Shown here in pieces: positions 1-6,579 of a stretch of 24,000 nucleotides of DNA. Both the position numbers and the translations under genes were made by a program. Under the pieces are notes generated by a model. It saw only the letters and a list, made by a program, of their open reading frames with translations. It was not told the DNA's origin and ran no database searches. Source of the DNA: an uncultured Geobacter sp. (lineage in GTDB: Bacteria; Desulfobacterota; Desulfuromonadia; Geobacterales; DSM-12255); contig CALMBF010000155.1 of the NCBI GenBank assembly GCA_937860145.1, forward strand, positions 123,719-147,718, in the 5' to 3' direction. The stretch's first letter is position 1; each line of letters opens with the position of its first letter.

Positions 1-1
1 G

Positions 2-823
2 GTCATGCACAAGGGGGTCGAGTATCTGGAAGTTGTCCGGGCAGCCCGCTTCGGTTACGGCAAAGGGATGAACCCCTGCATCGACTGCCGGATCTTCCTG
101 CTGCGCAAGGCACGGGAGTACATGGTGGAGAGCGGGGCCGACTTCGTCATCACCGGTGAGGTGCTCGGCCAGCGCCCCATGAGCCAGCGCCGGGACACCC
201 TGAATATCATCGAGAAGGAGAGCGGTCTGGAAGGGCTTTTGCTCCGTCCGCTGTCTGCCAAGCATTTCACCCCGACCATTCCGGAGCGGGAAGGGTGGGT
301 GGACCGGGAGAAGCTGTTGGCCATGTCGGGACGCTCCCGCAAGGAACAGATCCATCTGGCCGATGAGCTGGATGTAAAGAACTATCCCTGTCCGGCCGGT
401 GGCTGCCTGCTGACCGAACCTGCTTTCGTGCCAAAAGTGAAGGATATCTTCGACCACTCTGCCGGGCTCAATGTCCGCGATTTCCGCTTGCTGAAACTGG
501 GACGCCATTTCCGCATCGGTCCGGATACCAAGGTGATTATTGCCCGTAACGAGGCTGAGAACCATCTTCTGGAGGGGGCCGTTCAGAGCGGAGAGGCGGT
601 ATTCCAGTGGCTGGAGGGGGGAAGCCCGGTCGGCGTGGTCATGGGGCATGTTGACGAGGCGCTGCTTGCTACTGCCGCCTCGATTCTCCTCCGCTACACC
701 AGGGCCCCGGCGGGCCGCAGCTGCCAGCTGCAGGTTACGGTAGACGGTGAGCAAAGGGAGTTTTCCCGGGTCAATACGTTCGAGGAAAAGGATATTGAAC
801 CGTATCGTGTCGGCGCGTCGTAA
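2..823 (+). CDS. PP-loop ATP pyrophosphatase, ThiI/MnmA-like tRNA sulfurtransferase family (5' end outside window)
   Basis: The frame is open from the window edge. Motifs NPCIDCR, ITGEVLGQRPMSQ, LRPLS and YPCPAGGCLL resemble PP-loop thiolation enzymes. TAA stop at 821-823, followed by a terminator. Confidence 0.6.
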   Translation, partial: VMHKGVEYLEVVRAARFGYGKGMNPCIDCRIFLLRKAREYMVESGADFVITGEVLGQRPMSQRRDTLNIIEKESGLEGLLLRPLSAKHFTPTIPEREGWVDREKLLAMSGRSRKEQIHLADELDVKNYPCPAGGCLLTEPAFVPKVKDIFDHSAGLNVRDFRLLKLGRHFRIGPDTKVIIARNEAENHLLEGAVQSGEAVFQWLEGGSPVGVVMGHVDEALLATAASILLRYTRAPAGRSCQLQVTVDGEQREFSRVNTFEEKDIEPYRVGAS

Positions 824-840
824 CAGCCATCCTTCGCAAC

Positions 841-876
841 AAAAAAGCCCCCGTGATTTTCATGGGGGCTTTTTTG
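841..876. terminator. Bidirectional intrinsic terminator between convergent genes
   Basis: aaaaaAGCCCCCgtgattttcatGGGGGCTttttt: a GC stem flanked by an A-run and a T-run, between the + CDS ending at 823 and the - CDS ending at 918. Confidence 0.85.
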
Positions 877-917
877 TCGGGTAACCGTGAACCGTTCTCT
901 TCACATGCCTATCGGTA

Positions 918-2459
918 TCAGACCGCCAGTTGTTCGGGATCGGCTGCCGGTCCGCTGTCGTGATAACGATCGTCGGTGATATAGGCGTACGGATCTTTCT
1001 CGTACCACTCGGCCCGGTACGGCAGCGGGGCATTCCCCAAGAGCCGCTGCTGGTAGGAGCGGTTGAGCAGATGCTTGGCAGATCGGCGCGCCACCTCGAA
1101 TGTCCCCTTGTACCCCAGATAGGTCTGCGGTGTCGCATACAGCGGGATGCAGGGCACGCCGAGCTTTGCAACCCAGGAGTTGCTGCCGCCATGGCCGACG
1201 TACAGGTCAGGCTTGGTCCTGTTGATCAGGTTCACCAGTTCGAATACCTGGGCCGTGGCCACGTTTACCTCCAGGTCCGGGTTGTCGCCTGCCGCCCGGA
1301 GATACAGGTCATCACCGAACTGGTCGTAATGGTGGGCCCTGAAGCCGATCACATTGGCGCCGAGCTCGTGGTAGAGCATTGCCATGGTGGCAACCCGCAT
1401 TTCCCCACCGCCGAGATAGACCCGCTTCCCCTTGATTATCTCGCAATAGCGGGCAATCCCCTTTTCCAGGGCGGCCTCTTCTGCGGCGATGAGCCGTTTG
1501 GCCTCTTCTTCCAGGCCGAAGTGGGCGGCGATCTTTTCCAGCCAGAGTGCGGTGTTGCGGATGCCGATGGGCATGGTATCGATGATGTAGGGTATGCCGT
1601 GTTTCTCCTTGAGGAAATCGAGAAAATAGTCATCATGGGTGGCGCAGATACTGACGTTCAGTGCAGCTTTGGTGATGTCGCGGAAGCTCTGTTCGTCGGA
1701 AAAGTGGGGGTAGACCTGCACCTTGAGCCCCAGGGCGCTTAGCAGCCGCTCCAGCTCGATCTCGTCGGGGCGGCCGATGGAGACGGCGTTGAACAGGTTG
1801 ACGGTCCGTTTGGCTTCTTCGTCTCGGATCTTTTGCTCACCTTCGTCCAGGTTCAGCTCCCTGGGGATGAAGTCGAGGAAACGGGCAAGACCGTGGTAGG
1901 CGGCATCGTATCCGGTGGCGGAGATGTGGGTGCGGAAGCCGGCGCAGTGCACCGGGACGACTCGGGCAGCCACCTGGGGCTGGACTTTGGCGGTTACTCC
2001 GTCCACATCGTCGCCAATGATGGCCGGGGTACAGGTGGTGATGATGAAGATGAGCTCCGGGCGATGACGGCGGTCGGCCTGGATGATGGCCGCGGCCAGT
2101 TTCTCCTCGCCGCCGTGGACCACGTCCGATTCGTCCAGGTTGGTGCTCCCCCAGATGATCCGGTCCTGTACCCGACCACGGGCTTTCTGGCCGATGCGGA
2201 ACATGCCGTCGAACTGTTGCAGCGAGCCGCCGCAGCCGGGGGGCGAATGCATCAGGACGTAGGCACCCGGGATGGTGCCGATGATGGTGAGCGCCAAGTT
2301 CATCTGGCAGCCGCCCGCCTGGGAGAAGGAGCGGCCGCTGTTCTGCAGGCAGCCGCCGCGGGAGCTCTTCACGAGCCCGTCGGAACAGCCGCCGTAGGCG
2401 TTACAGGTGCGCAGCCGGTTTTCCCTGACAGGGAGGACTTTCTGATCGGTATAAGCCAT
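918..2459 (-). CDS. Nitrogenase-like component 1 alpha-type subunit (NifD/NifE-like), paralog alpha3, 513 aa
   Basis: Start moved to the ATG at 2459, preceded by AGGAGA; the N-terminus MAYTDQKVLPVRENR aligns with the paralog at 17346. Motifs HSPPGCGG, TTCTPAIIGDD, VHCAGFR and SICATHDDY..KHGIP align to NifD C88, C154, the CEGFR region and C275. Confidence 0.9.
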   Translation of the reverse strand: MAYTDQKVLPVRENRLRTCNAYGGCSDGLVKSSRGGCLQNSGRSFSQAGGCQMNLALTIIGTIPGAYVLMHSPPGCGGSLQQFDGMFRIGQKARGRVQDRIIWGSTNLDESDVVHGGEEKLAAAIIQADRRHRPELIFIITTCTPAIIGDDVDGVTAKVQPQVAARVVPVHCAGFRTHISATGYDAAYHGLARFLDFIPRELNLDEGEQKIRDEEAKRTVNLFNAVSIGRPDEIELERLLSALGLKVQVYPHFSDEQSFRDITKAALNVSICATHDDYFLDFLKEKHGIPYIIDTMPIGIRNTALWLEKIAAHFGLEEEAKRLIAAEEAALEKGIARYCEIIKGKRVYLGGGEMRVATMAMLYHELGANVIGFRAHHYDQFGDDLYLRAAGDNPDLEVNVATAQVFELVNLINRTKPDLYVGHGGSNSWVAKLGVPCIPLYATPQTYLGYKGTFEVARRSAKHLLNRSYQQRLLGNAPLPYRAEWYEKDPYAYITDDRYHDSGPAADPEQLAV

Positions 2460-2526
2460 GGTGGTCTCCTTTCGTGGTCTTGCAATCTGTCCGTTAGTTG
2501 GAAGTTGCCGGAATGAGCGCATTAGG

Positions 2527-2636
2527 GCTATTTCGTCGAAATTCCTGCGAATGAAGCGTTAACAGTCGATGTTGTTTGAGCCCGTAGGGCGAGTTCATCG
2601 ACTGTAGCGAAATGAGCATGGAATTACAGAAATAGC
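2527..2636. repeat. About 110-nt imperfect inverted repeat (long stem-loop) in the beta3-alpha3 intergenic gap
   Basis: GCTATTTC (2527-2534) pairs with GAAATAGC (2629-2636). ACAGTCGATG (2562-2571) pairs with CATCGACTGT (2596-2605). Apical hairpin GCCCgtaGGGC at 2580-2590. Confidence 0.6.
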
Positions 2637-2683
2637 ACGTCAGCGCGAATGCAGGCGGCTTGCAACTGCCGCACTCCTCATCC

Positions 2684-4024
2684 TTATCGGCCCGGGATCG
2701 CGAACGACATCAGATCTTCCGCCAGGCTGAGGCCCCCACGATAACCGGCATACCCTTTGTTCATCACCACGCGGTTGTTGAGCGGAAAGCTGATCCCCAG
2801 GTGGCGGGCGCCGATGTTGGCGGCCAGTTCCCCTTCGATGGTGCTTCCCAGGATATAGGCCGGGCTAAAGATAGGCGCGTAGCGGTTGCCATCGGTAGCC
2901 GGCCAAAGTCTGGCCAGGTGGGCCGGGATCTGCCCCGCATCGGTTTCGAAGATGATCGTCGGCTGATAGCCGGACTCCAGGCGGTCGTAGCCGTCTATAA
3001 CCGCTGCGTGAAACTGTTCGTCCAGTCCGTCGCTCACCACCGCCAGATCGGTCAGCCAGCCCAGCTCTTCATTGAGAAAGCGGGTTATGGGGAGGGTTGT
3101 GGTGGCATTCCCCACCACCGCGGCATAGAACTGCATGTCTACATCGGTGAACAGGTCGCTCGAGCGTTCGAAGATGCGGTAGTAGAGATCATTTTCCCTG
3201 GCGATGACTGCTTCGGTGGCTTGCGGGTCAAGCCCAAGGGCGGCAGTCACCTCCCGCAGGAAACGGGCGGTGGCCACTGCCCCCACCGGCAGATCCACGA
3301 CTTTGAACGGGGTGGCGAAGCGTTCCTCGAACGTTCTGGCCGGGTCCACGCCATAAGCACGGGATACGACCAGATTGGCCGCTGCCGCCGGTGCACTCCG
3401 CAGGTTGTCCAAGGTTTCGTCCGGGGCGAATAAGGTGTTGACCTCCAGCCCCAGAAGCCCCAGCAGGCGCTTCAGCTCAAGCAGATCACCACGGAAAAAC
3501 GGGTCCTGACCCGGTACCAGTCCCCAGAGGTTGACGAGGCGGGTGTTTATCTCCGCTGCTGGCTTGAGGTAGTGGCGGAAGAGCCCGTCCAGCAGGAGAT
3601 CATACCCCTTGTAGGAGTTCCCCTTGAAACCGCCGGTCTCGATGCCGATCACCGGTATGCCGTTGTCCCGGTGCTCCTGGACCACCGACTGAATGTCATC
3701 GCCGATGATGTCGGTCATGCAGGCCGACACCACCACGTAGAGCTCGCCGTCCATCAGCTCATGGGTGGTGCGGATCTGCTCGCTCAAGCGGTCGCTGCCA
3801 CCGAACACCACCTCATTCTCGACGATGTTGGAGCCGGGGAGCGACGTGCCGCCGCAGTAGCCGGCCCCGTAAAAGCCGCTGCCGGCATAATGGGCCATGT
3901 GCAGGTTGCCGCCGCAGCCGCCGGAGCCATGAATGATCGGGATGGCTTTCGGCAGTGAGGTGATGGCGCTGAGCGCCCCTCCCAGGGCGCAGGTGAAGCG
4001 GGGGTGATCGATAGGGGTACTCAT
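2684..4024 (-). CDS. Nitrogenase-like component 1 beta-type subunit (NifK/NifN-like), paralog beta3, 446 aa
   Basis: Motifs FTCALGGAL, IIHGSGGCGG and SACMTDIIGDD match the three NifK P-cluster cysteine contexts. GGAGGA RBS before the ATG at 4024. Close paralog of 19075..20412. Confidence 0.9.
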   Translation of the reverse strand: MSTPIDHPRFTCALGGALSAITSLPKAIPIIHGSGGCGGNLHMAHYAGSGFYGAGYCGGTSLPGSNIVENEVVFGGSDRLSEQIRTTHELMDGELYVVVSACMTDIIGDDIQSVVQEHRDNGIPVIGIETGGFKGNSYKGYDLLLDGLFRHYLKPAAEINTRLVNLWGLVPGQDPFFRGDLLELKRLLGLLGLEVNTLFAPDETLDNLRSAPAAAANLVVSRAYGVDPARTFEERFATPFKVVDLPVGAVATARFLREVTAALGLDPQATEAVIARENDLYYRIFERSSDLFTDVDMQFYAAVVGNATTTLPITRFLNEELGWLTDLAVVSDGLDEQFHAAVIDGYDRLESGYQPTIIFETDAGQIPAHLARLWPATDGNRYAPIFSPAYILGSTIEGELAANIGARHLGISFPLNNRVVMNKGYAGYRGGLSLAEDLMSFAIPGR

Positions 4025-4051
4025 AAGTCCTCCGGTGCAGGTTGAAGTCTG

Positions 4052-4723
4052 TTAGTGAATTGCGCCAAAATCTGTTTCCAGTAGCACCATTCCCGGTGCA
4101 ATCTCGATAAACGAATCGCCGTCCCACGGGCCGTTGACGACCCGCCGCAACCATGCGTCGCGGCCGCCTATGGTCAGGAATTCCAGCCCCAGCAGCCCAG
4201 CCAGTTCGCGGCCGGTTGCCAGGTGCGCTGTTTCCCTGGGATGGCCGGTATGAACGAAAACAATGCGCCGGTAGGCATCGAACATGGTGGCCATCACCCG
4301 TTTTGCCTTCTGCTCGCCATATTTTTCCCGTACGCGCCGGTATTCGGAAAATACGGTCCGCTCCCCCTCCAGCCAGCCGCCGGAGAGGAAATAAGTCCCC
4401 TTTTCCTCACGGAGGAGTTCTTCATGGGTGTACCGGGACCCAAGGAGGAGCGGGATGCAGTCGTGGGCTCTCGGAATGAACAGCGGTATCCCTGGCGCAG
4501 TCAGTCCTGCCACCGCCCCGCCGCAGAGGCCGAAAGCCAGCACCACCCGGTCTCTACCAGTGGCGCTGGCAAGAACCGCGCGTAACTCCTCCCGCAGTTT
4601 GTCCGGCCAGCGGTGCAGCCCCATGGAGACAAAGTGGAAGATGACCGGGTGTGTCGGCGTTATTGCCAGAAGTTCTTCCTTCATGACGTCGCAGGCAATG
4701 ATGTGGGTAGGTGCGTCAGGCAT
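4052..4723 (-). CDS. DUF1638 domain protein, 223 aa
   Basis: The pattern IIACDVMKEEL...GLH..P..L...FGLCGG...AHDC...LGS...FLSGGW is typical of DUF1638. It lies 27 nt upstream of beta3 on the same strand. Confidence 0.7.
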   Translation of the reverse strand: MPDAPTHIIACDVMKEELLAITPTHPVIFHFVSMGLHRWPDKLREELRAVLASATGRDRVVLAFGLCGGAVAGLTAPGIPLFIPRAHDCIPLLLGSRYTHEELLREEKGTYFLSGGWLEGERTVFSEYRRVREKYGEQKAKRVMATMFDAYRRIVFVHTGHPRETAHLATGRELAGLLGLEFLTIGGRDAWLRRVVNGPWDGDSFIEIAPGMVLLETDFGAIH

Positions 4724-4755
4724 AAACAGTCATATCCGTTGTTGGTATGTGGAAA

Positions 4756-4807
4756 CAAAAAAACCGGAGATCTCCTGTGCGCACGTCACGCAGGGACCTC
4801 CGGTTTT
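4756..4807 (-). terminator. Intrinsic terminator after metK
   Basis: On the minus strand: AACCGGAG..(28 nt)..CTCCGGTT followed by TTTTTTT (the A-run at 4756-4763 on the plus strand). Confidence 0.7.
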
Positions 4808-4874
4808 CCGGTTGGCATGATTTCTCGATAAATTGTGTCGATTACACGTACAGCTCTCTGCACATATGGTGACT

Positions 4875-6056
4875 TCAGGCCAGCCTTGCAGCCCGGTCGA
4901 TGCGCTCCCAGGGGAGATCCAGGTCGTTCCTGCCGAAGTGGCCGTAGGCGGCGGTCTGGCGGTAGATGGGGCGGCGCAGGTCGAGCTGCTCGATGATGGC
5001 CGCCGGGCGGAGGTCAAAATTATCCCTGATGATCAGGGCGAGCTGTTCGTCCGACACCTTGCCGGTGCAGAATGAGTCGACGAACACCGCCACCGGCCGG
5101 GCCACGCCGATGGCGTAGGCGATCTGGATCTCAACCCGCGACGCCAGTCCGGCGGCAACCAGGTTCTTGGCCACGTAGCGGGCGGCATAGGCACCGGAGC
5201 GGTCCACCTTCGTGGGATCCTTGCCCGAGAAGGCACCGCCGCCGTGTCGGGCCACGCCGCCGTAGCTGTCGACGATGATCTTGCGGCCGGTGAGGCCGGC
5301 GTCGCCGTGGGGGCCGCCGACGACGAAGCGACCGGTGGGGTTGATGAAGAAACGGGTCTGGTTGTCCAACAGGTTCGCCGGGATCACCGGCTTGACGATA
5401 CGCTCGATGACGTCGCCGCGGATCTGCTCCAGCTCCACGTCGGGAGCGTGCTGGGTGGAGATGACCACCGTGTCGATCCGTGTCGGCGTGCCGTTTTCGA
5501 ACTGCACCGTCACCTGGCTCTTGCCGTCGGGGCGGAGGTAGCCGATTTCCCCTGATTTTCTGGCCGAGGCCAGCTTGCGGGTCAGGCCGTGGGCCAGGTG
5601 GATGCTGGTGGGGAGGTAGGCATCGGTCTCGTCGGTGGCGTAGCCGAAGACCATTCCCTGGTCACCGGCGCCGACGGAATCGAGATAGCCGTCATGGTCA
5701 ATGCCGGAGCGCTGCTCCAGGGCCGAGTTGACCCCTTGGGCGATATCGGGCGACTGCTGGTCAAGGGAAACCAGGACGGCACTGTGTTCGGCATCGAGCC
5801 CCAGTTCCGAGTTTGTGTAACCGACTTCAGTTATTGCGTCCCGGGCGACGCGAACGGCGTTGATCTGGGCAGTGGCCGAGGTCTCGCCGATGACGACGAC
5901 CAGGCCGGTGGTGACGCTGGTTTCGCAGGCGACGCGGGCAAGGGGATCTTTGTCGAGAAAAGCGTCGAGGATCGAGTCGGAGATGAAATCCGCCAGTTTG
6001 TCCGGGTGCCCTTCGGTGACCGATTCTGAAGTGAAGAGGTAGTTATGTGCCGGCAT
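4875..6056 (-). CDS. metK: S-adenosylmethionine synthetase, 393 aa
   Basis: [23 protein letters not shown]..., GAGDQG and the [11 protein letters not shown] motif. Start set at the ATG at 6056 with an AAGGAG RBS; the longer track ORF to 6347 covers the leader region. Confidence 0.95.
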   Translation of the reverse strand: MPAHNYLFTSESVTEGHPDKLADFISDSILDAFLDKDPLARVACETSVTTGLVVVIGETSATAQINAVRVARDAITEVGYTNSELGLDAEHSAVLVSLDQQSPDIAQGVNSALEQRSGIDHDGYLDSVGAGDQGMVFGYATDETDAYLPTSIHLAHGLTRKLASARKSGEIGYLRPDGKSQVTVQFENGTPTRIDTVVISTQHAPDVELEQIRGDVIERIVKPVIPANLLDNQTRFFINPTGRFVVGGPHGDAGLTGRKIIVDSYGGVARHGGGAFSGKDPTKVDRSGAYAARYVAKNLVAAGLASRVEIQIAYAIGVARPVAVFVDSFCTGKVSDEQLALIIRDNFDLRPAAIIEQLDLRRPIYRQTAAYGHFGRNDLDLPWERIDRAARLA

Positions 6057-6107
6057 TGCTGCTCCTTTCTGGTGATACCTTGAGTCGCATCCATGGTCTA
6101 TTCGCAT

Positions 6108-6165
6108 AAAAAAAGGCCAAGCAGGGTAGTGCATCCCGACTTGGCCTCCAGTGTGTCTGGTGGAA
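6108..6165 (-). promoter_or_regulatory. metK 5' leader: motif copy A (CCAGacacaCTGG-A-GGCCAAG...CTTGGCC-U7), candidate riboswitch or attenuator with an intrinsic terminator
   Basis: Read on the minus strand: cacaacggttccaCCAGacacaCTGGAGGCCAAGtcGGGatgcactaCCCtgCTTGGCCttttttt, ending 52 nt upstream of the metK ATG. Confidence 0.6.
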
Positions 6166-6223
6166 CCGTTGTGAATGTTCGAAGTGTGTCCGATCAATAT
6201 TTTCTGTGACCGTAGCAATTTAA

Positions 6224-6255
6224 ATCTTGACTTGTCAAGATAAAAAATATATATC
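6224..6255 (+). promoter_or_regulatory. Sigma70-like promoter (TTGACT-N15/17-TATATA/TATATC) overlapping the 18-bp palindrome ATCTTGACttGTCAAGAT
   Basis: TTGACT at 6227-6232 and TATATA at 6248-6253. The palindrome at 6224-6241 places TTGAC on both strands between divergent metK and the tautomerase operon. Confidence 0.5.
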
Positions 6256-6286
6256 CTACAAAAAATGTAGTTTATAACTGTCGCTC

Positions 6287-6333
6287 GCTGACCAGAGAAC
6301 TGGAGGCCGGAAAATCTTTTTCCGGCCTTTTTT
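6287..6333 (+). promoter_or_regulatory. Leader motif copy B (GCTGA-CCAGagaaCTGG-A-GGCCGG...CCGGCC-T6) upstream of the tautomerase gene
   Basis: It lies downstream of the predicted promoter and 35 nt upstream of the GTG at 6368. No plus-strand gene upstream needs a terminator here. Confidence 0.6.
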
Positions 6334-6367
6334 CGTTTCACAATCATACATCACAAAGGAGAGAAGC

Positions 6368-6556
6368 GTGCCGATTGTATCCATCGATTTTGGTTCAAAG
6401 CTGTCGAAAGAGCAGAAACAGGCCGTTGCCAAAGGGGTCACGGGGACGATTGCCGCGGCGACGGGCGTTCCGCAAGAGTCGGTCATCGTCATCATCAATG
6501 AGGTGGACAGGGATAATATTGCCAAGGCCGGGGTGCTGTTTTCCGACCGCACATAA
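6368..6556 (+). CDS. 4-oxalocrotonate tautomerase family protein, 62 aa
   Basis: GTG start with an AAGGAGAG RBS. N-terminal Met-Pro (MPIVSI...), the size and the ...KEQKQAVAKGVT... pattern are typical of the 4-OT family. Confidence 0.75.
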   Translation: MPIVSIDFGSKLSKEQKQAVAKGVTGTIAAATGVPQESVIVIINEVDRDNIAKAGVLFSDRT

Positions 6557-6579
6557 TTCAGCTGACAGGAGGATTGGAT

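Noticed and set aside
1200-1260. The HHYD, YHHD and WHYD motifs in the alpha subunits as the His442 FeMo-co ligand
   Set aside because: On alignment these motifs correspond to NifD ...GYEFAHNDDYD..., upstream of the 442 region. The true 442-aligned positions are Ala, Arg and Ile.
930-2516. Plus-strand ORFs 930..1742 (270 aa) and 1833..2516 (227 aa), antisense to alpha3
   Set aside because: These are shadow ORFs in GC-rich DNA. They have low-complexity Gly/Val/Ala/Asp composition and no recognisable motifs, and the opposite strand encodes a strongly supported nitrogenase-like protein.
2660-3958. Plus-strand ORFs 2660..3433 and 3572..3958, antisense to beta3
   Set aside because: Same reasoning: antisense shadows of a well-supported CDS.
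6057-6225. SAM-I (S-box), SAM-II/V or SAH riboswitch in the metK leader
   Set aside because: I could not find the characteristic conserved cores (for example the S-box GAGGGA...GCAACC elements) by eye. This is only a manual check and needs a covariance-model search to confirm.
6057-6347. N-terminal extension of the metK ORF (490 aa in the track)
   Set aside because: MetK homology begins at MPAHNYLF (ATG at 6056, with an AAGGAG RBS). The upstream 97 codons run through an A/T-rich promoter and leader containing a terminator.
6558-6572. TCAGCTGACAGGAGG before the hydrolase gene as a fifth copy of the leader motif
   Set aside because: Only the GCTGA and AGGAGG strings match. There is no CCAG/CTGG hairpin or terminator, and the AGGAGG is simply the RBS.
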